A stretch of 64,000 nt of DNA from Massalongia carnosa (GCA_965645245.1 OZ287067.1:2604001-2668000), one strand, 5' to 3'; shown: positions 50,327 through 62,321, counted from the first letter of the stretch. Program-made: numbers and translations. The notes: generated by a model not told the origin, from the letters alone.

Positions 50327-50863
50327 ATGCGTCGCTTACTTTGCCTGTTCTTTGGTAGTCTGATATTGGTTATAACTTCACCTATGGACCTCCTTCCGGC
50401 ATCAGTTGAACTTGGGAATGCTTCATGCGATCCACAAATCAACAATAACTGTGCTCAGCCAAACTCTTTGGACACTAATCCACCACCTCAGCAGCTTTCT
50501 CCCAATCCGCCATTTACCGCCAATCTTATTCAAGCATCCAACGATGCTAATACCAATCATATCCAAGGTGCCAATGGTGATTCTACCAACGTCCCCGGAG
50601 TGTCCAATGATATTCCTATCAAACCCCTTCATGTTTTCAATGGAGCTGCTACATATCCCGACCCTTTTGACACCTTTGATTCCACGTCGAGCGCGAACAT
50701 AGGCCCTGGAAAAGCCTTTCTCCTCGCCCAGACTGACCCTCAGACCAACATTAAGCACGCGACGCTTGATTGTAACTTGGCCGCCAAATACTCTAAATAC
50801 TGCCTTGATAAAGGCAATGAGTGCTATGATGCGCTATTGGCCTGCAAAACGGAAAATCCGTAA
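50327..50863 (+). CDS. Secreted protein with Cys-rich C-terminus (possibly truncated by a premature stop)
   Basis: Signal peptide MRRLLCLFFGSLILVITS, N/P-rich linker, Cys cluster. Confidence 0.65.
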   Translation: MRRLLCLFFGSLILVITSPMDLLPASVELGNASCDPQINNNCAQPNSLDTNPPPQQLSPNPPFTANLIQASNDANTNHIQGANGDSTNVPGVSNDIPIKPLHVFNGAATYPDPFDTFDSTSSANIGPGKAFLLAQTDPQTNIKHATLDCNLAAKYSKYCLDKGNECYDALLACKTENP

Positions 50864-52607
50864 AAGTGCACAGTCTGTCTTAAGTATCACTCGAACCAGG
50901 TCCAGCTACCAGACTGCTGTGATCTCGATGATATTCGGGTCGCGCCATCTTCCTAAAACCCCTTGGGCTAGGATTTTTATGACTTGCCGGAATGTCTTCT
51001 GCTGCGTTGTTCAGTTTTGATGATGATGTATTCATACTCCGATATGTCACCGGCCGTAGGCCGGCCCATGCAGGCAAAGCTATCTAAGTTATGTTACATG
51101 GAAACCCTTTTTCAGGTGTAAAAACCATATCCCTTGATACCTGTCCGATGTGACACCGGGTCGACGTCGGACAGGAGACGCAGAGCGAAAATTATGTGAG
51201 AACTGTGACGCCTTGTGAGATAAGGAAAAGATAAGTGAAACTACTGTTAATTGTACAATAGTGTAGATGCCAGTGAGAATTGGGTCAGTAGACCTGTTTT
51301 CATTAGCCAAGTAGTTAATATCTTTAGAGTTTTTGATGTTTCGGTCAGCTGTTGATAGTTGTTCGTGCCAGCGGCGCGAAACATCTGTTCTCTATTGTCA
51401 ATAAGTCTACAGAACATAATTACGTGTTCTGGAGTTTGTCTGTGCCAGCCACATGGGCAGGCCGGTGAGGTGACGGCGGGGACCCGTCGCTGGTAGAGGA
51501 AGTCAGCTAGACCGATCTTACCGGTGCGGATCTGTGTTGTCAGGGCGCTTTCTGCCTTTTTTAGCAGCGTGTGTATTTTCAGTCCTTTTTTGCTCAGTGG
51601 GACTGATTGCGCTATGGAGGGTTCGGTGACGCGATTTTGATATGCGCGTTCAGTTTTGTATTGGTGGATTTTATGCTTATAAAATTTTACGAAGATCGGA
51701 TAAACAAGGCAAGCATGGATTACTGCAGGGCCAGCTCCATTGCATCTTTCTCATCGAATAAAGGAAGAAAAATTGGAGTTGTTGAAGTACGATGGAATAA
51801 AATCACGGATGGAAAAATCGAAATGCTGAAGCAGTGGAGAGGCGATCGAGCAATATGGCTACTTCATTTTCTGCCCACTCGGTGTCCTATCTACTGTAAA
51901 TACCCCCAAGAAAATATCTATCTGCCAACCGAGATCTCTGTCCGCATCATGAAGATATGCGGCTACTACTCTTAGAGTTTCCTAAGACTAGTCTTCAGTA
52001 GAGAAATAGAAGCTGCGAATCTGGTTTCCACATCTTATTGGCTTTAGCATCAAGATCACATCAGATGTTATAATCTTAAAAAGCTTAGTTCATTGTTTAA
52101 TGCATATTACTTCGCGCCTTACTGTTCACGGCTCGCTGGATTCTGAACGATACCCAACCTTTTTATAAATGCCTTCAAGGGCTCTATCAGCAATAGAAAC
52201 TAACCACAAGGGCAATGCCCAAAGTATATGCCGTAGAGCTAATGACATAGATTCACAGTCTTAGCTGCCACAACACAAGCATTACAGGGCAAGCCTTTGG
52301 TGCTCGATCAATACATTGGAACGTGACTCTTTGGATCTTTAGCTAGAGAATGGTCCGAGACTTGATGGCGCCTAAAATAGGGCGTAATCGCATAGAGGCA
52401 GAACATCCCATATCTTGGCTTATATCGAAATTTAGGCCGGCTGCAGCAGATGTGTAAAAACATAATATACCATTTCGACTATCGGTAAGGCGCAACTATC
52501 TCAGAACAATCGATTTCAAGGTAAGAAGCTCTTTCGCTGCAATATCAATATGGAAGAAATATCCCTTAATTGCAGCGGAAGCGATTGAGAAACAAGATAT
52601 GTAGCGA

Positions 52608-52640
<33 letters not shown>

Positions 52641-52968
52641 TCATTAAGCGTATGCATCCTTAGGATATGACGCTGCGACTGCTATTTATGTACATAAACA
52701 ACAGTCAGGAAGTGGAAACCTGGCCCCCAGGGTAAAACCACTCCCTTTTATTCCATATTGAATGCAACGAGATCGTTCTTCTACCACGCGGTGCATACAC
52801 CCAGATCTTCAAGCGCTAGGAATCCTATAGACCCGATGAACTAGACAGTGTATCTCCACACGTTCGACGAACATTCTCTCTCTTTAACCGTTTTGACTCA
52901 ATAGATGATAGACTGGCCATGATTGATCGAGGGCAGATCGTGGTGTCGTATAAATGAAGATGTGAAAA

Positions 52969-53177
52969 TGTGGCCATTCCGAATGAATGGGCTTTTTCGA
53001 TGAGGTGAGAGGCTTCCGCCTGGGGGGTGTGGCCATTCCGACTGAATAGACTTTTTCGATGAGGTGAAAGGCTTCCGCCTGGGGGGTGTGGCCATTTCGA
53101 CTAAATGGGCTTTTTCGATGAGACTTTTTCGATGAGGTGAAAGGATTCCGCCTGAGGGTGTGGAATGAATGGGCTTT
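52969..53177. repeat. About 3.3 copies of a 59-nt tandem repeat inside the retroelement
   Basis: Units start at 52969, 53028, 53087 and (partial) 53159: TGTGGCCATTCCGA.TGAAT.G.CTTTTTCGATGAGGTGA.AGGCTTCCGCCTGGGGGG. Confidence 0.92.
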
Positions 53178-53258
53178 GTATGCCTTCGAAGTGGTGAATG
53201 ATCAGTAGAGACGTTGATCATTCAAACGGCCACCGAGGTGGGCTTCAGCGTTGGCGAT

Positions 53259-53330
53259 GATCAGATATTGGCCACCTCCGAGGAGGTGTTGATAGCCTGC
53301 ACCACGTAGAGGTTTCTGACCTAGCAGGCC
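53259..53330 (-). ncRNA. HDV-like self-cleaving ribozyme
   Basis: P1 GGCCUGC/GCAGGCU (G1-U37 wobble); P2 GGUCAGAA/U(A)UCUGAUC; P3 ACC/GGU; L3 UCUACGU; single-pair P1.1 U-A; CAA strand; P4 CACCUC/GAGGUG; J4/2 GCCAA with putative catalytic C at 53271. Confidence 0.82.
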
Positions 53331-53729
53331 GATATGTAGCGATCCCAGGGTAAGATAAGTAGGAAATAATTAAAGGCTTTAGGCTTGCTATTAAGTGTCA
53401 CTTACAGCTGCTAAAACCTTTTAGAATGCTCAGATATATAACACTCTTAGAACTATATGAGACATAGTGTCTTTCATTCTAAATACTCTGGCTTTGAAAA
53501 AGATATAGGAATAAGGTTGTGGCACAAATCTAATCAAGCTAGCTAACGTTAGCTGCCGCTGTCATATTTAGTTCTGGCATAATTTTATGTTAGTGGCTGT
53601 GCTAATTAGTAGTTAACTTCACGTACCCTCGGATACCTGTCCGCCAGCCAAGGGGCAAACTCGATAAGCCAAGTTAGGGAGATCTTTGAAATCCACGGCC
53701 TCAGCTACCGTTTCAAATTACCATGCACA

Positions 53730-56700
53730 ATGGAGGATCTTACAGGCTTGGACTGGACGGTCTCACACCTAACCCCCAAAGTGCAGAAGCCTCCACCCAT
53801 GAACCCAACATCCTACTATTCTAGCCTACGGCCTACTCCTCCTCTCTCAGGGAGATCAACGCCCTCTGCCGCTGAGACTTCTGGGTACGCTTTTAAACCT
53901 CCGCCAAAACCAGCTTCAAGAAGTAATAGTTCAACGCCTGCAAACGATAGCTTCGCCAACCTGGTTACCTTCAATACTCCTCAGTCTAGCGCCAACGGCT
54001 CCTCGTTGAAGAACGTGTCTTTGCATGATCAGCAAAAAAAAATCCTGGAGAAGAGGGAAAGAGAACAAACTTTACGGAACAAACAGCTTGCGCCAGTTTT
54101 TGGTCACTCAGATGGAGATTTCTTGGAAAGCCTAGGCAGTGGAAGGAGGACCCCCAACAGAATTACTACTCCGCCAACTTACACTGGTACAGACGAGTAC
54201 GGAGGGCAGAAGCTGTCGAGTGCAATCAACAAGCCATTTATTAGCATTGGAAAAGCATCACGTCATCCGGATAGTAAAGCTTATAAAAATAGCGAAGTCG
54301 ACCTCCTCTCGGTCTTTGACTCACCTTCACCGGCTCAAAAATTGAACAGGTTAAGTACGGACAAACTTAGTTCCAGCAACGGCTATGGCATAGACATCAA
54401 TGGAGGGTTTCCTGGAGATTTGGCTTCCTCGGAGCCTTTACATAAATCAGACGGAGCAAGTAGAGGTCCTACTTTGGCTCTAGATGATGATCCGTTTGGG
54501 TTGGGCACCACGGAAACCAAAACTGCAGATAGAACTGAAATCGCGGCCCAATCTATCGATGATGATGATATCTTAGGTCTTTTGGGACGGCCAGTCTCAG
54601 ATTTCCCTGCGATACAAGAGGACAAAAAGTGTTCCGAGGAGCCTATTAATGTTGACATGTCCGATCAAATGGATCATGCAATGGCGGAATTGATAGATAT
54701 GGGATTCGGTCCGGAGAAGTCAAAAGAAGCTCTGGAAAGCACAGAATCAGGTACCAACGTACAAGCCGCCATTGGCTGGCTCCTAAGTCAAGCACACGAG
54801 GACGCAGTGAGGAAATCTAAGTCGTATAGGAAGCAAGAAACCAAGGATTTTGAACTCGAAGCAGGCCAGCCGAGAATGGCACCGCGAAGAACGAACCCAC
54901 GGAGAAGTCAAAGTTCTGGGAGCGACACTGTGAAACCAGCATGGCTGCAGAAGCAGAAACAGCAAAATGCAGATCAATGCCGCCAAGAAAGTAGATCTCC
55001 TGTGAATGGAGAGAAAGACCCCGGGAAGTACGCGGCCGAACTTGGTACCAATCTCTTCAAGACTGCAAACTCTCTTTGGAAGACAGGAACCAAGAAGCTG
55101 AACCAAGCTGTTTCAGAACTCAACTCTGATAGCGATTCCAGCCAGCCAAAGTGGATGAAAGATGTACAGTTCAGATCCGATAGTGGCAGACCAAGACTTC
55201 GAGACCCTCGAACAGAACTTTCAAGTGGGGATGAGGAGATATTTTCACAGCGGCCAGCAACAATCAGGCCGCCCAAAGTCACGGATGAGGCATTACTCCT
55301 GGAATCTAGTAATGCACGGCCACTGCGAAAGCCTACAAGACCAGGAAAGGTAGTAGCTAGCCCCTGGATATCAGGCTCTTCAAGCGACCAATCTCCTATA
55401 CTTACAAAGCCTTATGAGCAAGAAAAACCGCACCCAAAGGTTTTGCATCAGCCAAGAAATTTTGTTCAGAAAGCGAAGGTGACCAAGCAATCAGTTGAAG
55501 AGCAAGCATCCAATGCGTACATCAGCCCAGCCCGCCGGAAAAAGCCACCTCAAAAGCCTGCCCTGCATGAGCCGGATCTGCTCTTTGATACTGGGAACCA
55601 TATATCCGAACCTCGGCCGCAAGCTACGCAAACAAAATCGTCCATCCAACTAGACTTACATACCTCGCCTAAAACCTCTGCTCCAATCCGCACTTCACCT
55701 CCCACCCGAACCATCCCCCCAGTTACATCCTCCGCACTTCAAACATCAACCACAAAGCGCCAAGATGGGACATCGGCGTTCAAAAGAGGCGACTATGCTC
55801 TTGCTACAACCTTCTACAGCTCGGCTCTCTCCGCCCTCCCGCCTACACATCCCTTAACTATTGTGCTCCTCACCAATCGCTCACTCGCCCATCTCAAAAC
55901 AGGCGACCCGAAATCCTCGATTGTCGATTCCAAATCTGCGCTCTCTCTGATCGGCCCTTCTCGTGGTGCGCTCGAAACCATCGATCTTGGCGACGATGAA
56001 GGCGCTAAAGACATGCAAACCTTTTGGGCCAAAGCCATGACTCGTCAAGCTGAGGCTCTTGAGGAGCTTGAGCGATGGTCTGATGCTGCAACAATATGGA
56101 GAATATGCGTTGAAGCAGGTGTTGGCGGCGCAACAAGTATTGCGGGAAGAAATCGGTGCGAGAAAGCAATTGCGGGACCTGCTTCCCAACACTCCCGCAA
56201 ACCAAGGACCGCCGCACCAACATTACCCTCTCCAAAGCCTATTCCAAAATCCTCGGCGCTTGACGACCTCTCAGCATACCCTGCACGTTCATCAGCCTCA
56301 GTGAGTCTTTCTACCACTAGCTCGATAGAGGCGATCACGCGTCTTCGAAAAGCGAACGCTGCAGCTGAGAGGCTGGACGATGAGAAGTTCGCGCTCGCGG
56401 ACCAAGTAAGTGACCGGCTCACCCGGTGGCGAGCAGGAAAAGAGGGAAATCTGAGGGCGCTGCTGGCGAGTTTGGACACCGTGCTATGGGAGGGGGCGGG
56501 GTGGAAGAAGGTGGGGATGGGGGAGTTGATCGTGCCGGGAAAGGTCAAGGTTGTCTACATGCGAGGGATTGGGAAGGTGCATCCGGATAAGGTAATATTC
56601 CTCTCCTCTGGTCCCTTTTCCCCGAGCTTCGGGTGCTCTGGGACGGCCTCCGTCTACCGGACCTGGAAGCTTCAGGCTAATCACCCTGGATTTTAGCTAC

Positions 56701-56798
56701 CACCAACCGCTACGACCGAGCAACAGATGATCAGCGCGGCCGTGTTTGCCGCGCTGAACGAGGCGTGGGATGGGTTCAAGAGGGAAAACGGGCTTTAA
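53730..56798 (+). CDS. SWA2: Auxilin-like clathrin uncoating factor, UBA-TPR-J domain (intron 56592-56696)
   Basis: UBA (AELIDMGF..AAIGWLL), TPR (GTSAFKRGDY..LLTNRS) and J-like domain (NLRALLASL..VHPDK/LP..LNEAW). Confidence 0.9.
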
Positions 56799-57591
56799 AA
56801 CCTACTATAGCGTATCTTCAACTCTCTCGAACTAGAACTATGACATTTATGCGTGTTCGATCGCCTAATTTTCAGCGCTTGCTTGGGTTGTGAGCGAGTT
56901 AGTGAATGTGCATGGGAGAAGAGACGACGAGCAAGGACGTGTGTGGTCCGAAGCGGAAAGGGGGGTGGGTTTGTTGGTACCTGGGGTATGGTTTATGGAT
57001 AGAGTAGCATGGTATAATAGATGTTAAATAAAACTCACCTAGATATGATATATACCATGAGTTCGATTCCCTCTGAATTTGAGGTTGCCGGTTTTTTTGC
57101 GTTTCCATTGTTAGAAAAGCAACAAGACCGCTTTCAGGAGGGAGCATCTTTTTCTTGCTTGTTTAGCTTTCCGCCTCGGCATTAGAGCGATATATCACGT
57201 GACTAAACAAATGGTACTTAATATCCTTTGTTGCATCATTTAGTCATCAGGATTTCATCAAACACAATCATCAGCTCAATCACTCTGAACAGTAACTACG
57301 TTCTACTCAGTGATGAGTTAACAAAAGTCCTCTCTAGGACTTGATTGTTCTTAAATATGTGACATTCTCAACTTGCTGTTGCAAGTTGTTTAACCATATT
57401 GAAACTGTTCTGTCGATGCATTAAGCCGTTGACTTCTAGCATACGAATTTATCTAATGAGCTCAACCAGGCCGCAGTAGCGTTAGTAGAACGCAAATCTG
57501 ATGCACCAAACCATCTAAAGAACCAGCTCTGAACCATTTGCGATTTTCGATCTCGCAAGACATTAAAAGGCTGCGATGTTGGTAACAGTAT

Positions 57592-59026
57592 CTAGAAGAC
57601 AGCATACTTGAGCGGTTGTGCCTCGCGGGGAATCACTTTGACGGTCATTGTATCCTTGATCTGACGGAATTCAGGACCAAAATAACGCTCATTCGCAAAC
57701 GACCAGCCCATGAGGCCGCTGAGATACATGAGTTTCTGATTCAGGGTCATAAGCCCTTATGGTACTGCAACTCACCTGATTAGGCGCTCGACACCTCGGA
57801 TGTATGTCGAGACGATTTCATCGGTCTCGGGGTCGAACTGAGGGATCTTGGAACGGCCTTCGGTCCACTGATCGACTGCTGATTGGTACATGAGGAATGC
57901 GTATTCCATGCTCACTTGGACAGGAATATCCTTTTCTACAGACACGATGGCGATGAGATTCTGGTAATCCTGTAGCGAAGGTCAGCAAACGCTCGGTAAT
58001 CGTCGAGGCAAGCTTAAGATGGAAACTCGACTAACTCCAGCAGCTTGTTCTCGGTTGAAGCTACACATGTCCTACAAACACAGCATGCAGTCTATTAGTG
58101 GCAGTTCAACGCGACAAATTTGCTAATTGCTACAGAGGTCAGGGATATGCTTACATTTCCCCAAACTATGATGTCGTTCGCGGCTTCATGGAGGCTTTCG
58201 ATGACCGGATGGTGCAATGCCTTATCGGGAACCTCTATCTGGAGGGTGTATTCGACCAAGGGGTAACAAGTCTTGAAAACGTAGATGAATTAACCAAGGA
58301 CCTCGAGGATTGAATGCAATGCCTTGTGTACCTTGACGGCTCCAGTCTCACGGCGCAGAGCGATGTACTCTTTAAGAGTTGGACGCTCATCACGCCCACG
58401 AATGCCACTCTGTTTATTCGCCGCCTTAGCGTAGCTCAAGACGGCATCAACAAACCGCTTCTGTATGCTGGGTGGTGAGTTTGCGCAATATCGTATCCAG
58501 AAACTGTGTGAGTCAGCATATCAAACACTATGTGGACACCTGGCAGGTTGAGTCTCAAGACATACTGGTGAAAAACTGTTGCGATCGGCAAGCTCGGGAT
58601 CGGTTTAAAATTATCCGGGTCTATCAGTACTGACAACATGATCTTTGAAGCTTCAGTGGCACCTCTCTCATCAAACGCAAGTTTACTGGTTGCATCATCC
58701 AAAAGATCATCGTAGGTGAATATGATATACAACCAGTCTACGGCAACGCGAAGGCGCTCCTTTTTTCCAAGGCAATATGACATAGCTCCTGCTAGGCTAT
58801 AGTCTTCCTTGAGGGTTTCCTCCCACTTTGATGAGGACATCATGTTGAAACTAATACTGATAAGCTTGCGAGTTGGGGCCATGGCGCCAGTCTGGCTAGG
58901 CCATATGGGTGCTTACCTTGCGAACCAACTGCTAGCAGCTTGACTGACTTCTGCTCGGTCAGGATGCATCCCAGATTCGAGATGTGAAATAGCTCCAAGC
59001 ATGTCTGGGACCCGAAGTGAAGTCAT
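57592..59026 (-). CDS. Class I terpene (sesquiterpene) synthase, 346 aa, 7 exons (59026-58917, 58850-58566, 58503-58332, 58271-58155, 58071-58036, 57969-57776, 57718-57592)
   Basis: DDLLD, effector LRRETGA, NSE motif NDMCSFNRE and WSF..RYFG; six GT-AG introns give an intact 1041-nt frame. Confidence 0.92.
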
Positions 59027-62000
59027 GACAAGAATTATGAAAGAGATTGCTGCAGCTCGGAATGATGGGATTGCGAGGTCTTTTTTCTGATCTGCTTTAT
59101 TTTTGCTCCAAATAATAGTGACTATATCTGAGCACAGGCCGTACTATATACGTTCTGCTCCTTCGCACTTGGAATTTCGTTTTTCAGCCGGAGTGCTAGT
59201 GCACTCCTTTGTCATCTTTCATTTTCCTTTCACTATACGATTATTCACCGGCCGTGCAGGTAGGTTCCTTTGCTACCTTAGTTCTCAGGGGTCCGACTGT
59301 TCGTTCCAATGGTTCCGGGACACCAGGAGTGCTATCGAGGGTTTTTCTTGGCTACCCATAAGCTGATAAACCGCTTCTGCTGCTTCTTAGTAACAGTAGC
59401 CATGATCGGAGGCCGGGAATTTTGTCGAACCCGGAAACATTAAGCAATCTTTGTAACTGTGTACATTTGGCTGACTCCGCTTTTCGATGAATGAAAAGCT
59501 AACTGCCTCATGATATAGATGTTAACCCTCAGGAAACCGATACGATACAATGCTTTAAACACTACTTGCAATAGTAGTAAGCCTATGCATATGTTCCCAA
59601 AACCGTAGATTTTTTTTTCGCGTACGGCTACCTATCACAGTCTACATGAACTTACAAAAACAAGAGCTCTCTATACTCCGTACGATAAACGAACCCTCTC
59701 GGCTATCTCGGACGTGCTTATGTTCATTTTAGGTTGGCTCCGAGCTTAGAGAAGAATTCGCTGGTTTGACGGCATGTGTAAAGTAATTTAGAATTTTCCA
59801 TCATTCGCTCAACCTCTCACCGACTTATCGATTCAACGGATTCGTGACTTCTTCGGACCAATCAAGATGAAGATTTCTGACAGAACCAAAAAAAGTTTGT
59901 TTCCGCGTTTTGGAGTAGGTATTGCGCACTACCCCAAACTTGTCGCAAAATTGAATTGTTCCACGGGGAAAAAGGCTCGACGTCAACCGTAACTAGTTAA
60001 GAGGAACATCGAAACCCGGAGGAGGGCCTGACCGAAAGATGAGTACCGCCGCATAGACGTGTCGAAAAGGATCCTGAATGGACGAGCACGATGACTGATG
60101 CACCTACGCACAGATTTGGTTGTTTTGAATAGTCATGGCATTTGGTTAGCTGGGCTAAGTTGGAATTCCTTCAGGAGAAACTCCACTAGACGTTAGATTG
60201 GTATGTAAAATCCAATCATACTGATATATCTTATCAGCAAGTTTAAATAGGAACGGTCAAAGGAAGAAGAATTTCAGAAGATGTGGGTAAGAGACGACAG
60301 GTTCTTATCTCGTGTTCATTTATCTTCGAGATCGGAATTTCTTCTTCATTTACTCTCACGTTTCGAAAGATGAGTTTCAAGTAAAAATTGCAAAAATTGA
60401 TGAACAAACAAAGTATAAGGTATTTCTGATGACGCTGAGGCAAAAAGATAAACCAATTATTTTTTTGCTTATGTACTCGCCCATTTGTAACACGCTAATT
60501 AAACAAGCCCCTGAGAATAGGATAAAATATTCGTATTCTCAATCCTCTCATATTATTTGAGTCATTTTGCCGTAGTAAAAATCCAGCGTGTTGCAAATGG
60601 GGATGTGTTGTAAATAGGAGTGGTTGGCCGAACTTTGAACTTGGAAAAAAAAAACTTATGGCGATCAATATGTATGCGCAACCTTATTTACAACCCCTAT
60701 GATGATTATAATCAAAAACATCAGACAAAACATAATTTATCACGTTGCAATTCAACCAACTGATGAGAAACAAATGTGTTCAATCAGCAATATTGACGTA
60801 AATGCAAAGAAACTATGAAAGAGGTTGCAAGAGAAGGTAGCTAGTTAGGAGTAAATAGGAGTAAGTGATTAATATGCTGATCGCCTAGGCTTTCTCTATA
60901 TTCGCTTTTCCCCCCCTCAGGTTCAATGCTCAACACATCATTTTGCAGAGAGGAGTACTGTAGCTAAACACTGTCTCGCACATATAAATAAATAGAAAAC
61001 CGCATCTTACAACATGACGATGATAACAACGTGACGTTCGGGTTCTGATCGGTGTTGCAAATTACATAGTTAAAAAGAAGATTTTCCTTCTCTCTCAAAC
61101 CAACACAGGAACATGATATAGATATGATATAGGTATACTCCGTCATGCCATCTCTTACACCTAACTTTCTTCCGCAACACTGATTCTGCATATTCAGATC
61201 GTTAGCAGCGAGCATGTTCGAGAAAGCCAGGAGCGCTGGAGACTTCAGTGCTGGACCGAGCGATGTTAGGAGCTTTGGTGTGGAAAACCAGCTGCGGATG
61301 TCAAGAAACTGTGTTCAGCCTCGGGGGGGGGGGGGGGGGGCGAACGAACCCATTCACGAAGAACCAAGGATATATATCCAAAAGTTCATGGTGCCGTCTT
61401 CGGTTTGTGGTACAGTACCTGTTGCAAGAGAAAAGAGGGTTCCGACGAAGACAAAAAGAAAAAGCGCATGACGAGCGGGAGAGATCAACAGATCGGACTC
61501 TCAAAGGGCTAGGCAGCGGGAGAGGGAATTGTACCGAATCATTTCATCGATGACATCGCAAGAGTATGTTAAGCCTTCCGACTGAAACATCTACTTCAAC
61601 GCCTACCGCAAAGTTTCTCCAGGCGCCTTGCAAAGAGGAAAAGCAGGAAGAACGATTTCCAAGGGCTTCGATAATGGGAAAGGAAATATTTGTGAAAAAG
61701 CTGGCCGTTTTATCCAACCGGGAACTATACTGAACATATAAACAATCATCATCTCTGGAGACTTCTGTGAAGATGAAGTGAGTTGTTCGAAACATGAATT
61801 CGACGCTTCAACTTGCAAGTCAACCGTTCCAACGACTGTATAACAAAAACACGTTTAATTACGATGCCATAAAATTCGTGGTTTTCAGATTCGAACGTTT
61901 CACTTGCTTTTCCAAACTTGTGATATGTCTTGAGGAGAAGGAGAAGGTATAACTAGTGATAGCAGAATTCCTTTTCCTTCGGATTTTTCCCCCTTTACGT

Positions 62001-62321
62001 TCAAGTCCCGTTAAAAGACGGGAGATCACAATATTTTTCTTTTCTGTCGGGCAACTTTATGATTGATATATACGATAAATGTCAATCCTACGGATTTACG
62101 TATCAACATTTTACACAAAGAATGAAACAGATATTAAAGGAAATCCTCGTCCATTCGTAGAGCTTATGACGGGTCTCCTAACTAACCATGTGCAATGCCT
62201 AGCGCTTCGCTGAAGAGGAGAACGATCAGCAATTGGTTTCTTGGATGCAACTCCATGTTTCTCGACGGTAAAACGATACCCTGCGCCAGGTCCGAATTAT
62301 GCCCGTATCTAGAGGAAATCG

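Larger units (their letters stand above)
52610..53330 (-). mobile_element. Non-autonomous non-LTR retroelement (SINE/SIDE-like) with 5' HDV-like ribozyme, poly(A) tail and 14-bp TSD
   Basis: GATATGTAGCGATC at both 52596-52609 and 53331-53344; T29 run 52610-52638; no RT or endonuclease ORF. Confidence 0.9.

Noticed and set aside
51046..51474. MITE suggested by a hairpin at 51140-51175 and partial inverted ends
   Set aside because: The terminal repeats are too degenerate and no TSD is seen.
52969..53177. CRISPR-like array
   Set aside because: Units are contiguous with no unique spacers, the context is eukaryotic, and there are no cas genes.
52898..53221. 107-aa ORF as an independent gene
   Set aside because: It is largely the translated tandem repeat inside the retroelement, with no recognisable domain.
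57000..57080. tRNA or tRNA-derived SINE (GTTCGATTCCC B-box-like)
   Set aside because: No cloverleaf or acceptor stem can be built; only a CATGGTATA/TATACCATG inverted repeat.
59400..62200. Transposon relic or tailoring genes beside the terpene synthase
   Set aside because: AT-rich with short ORFs only; no transposase, P450 or transferase motifs recognised.
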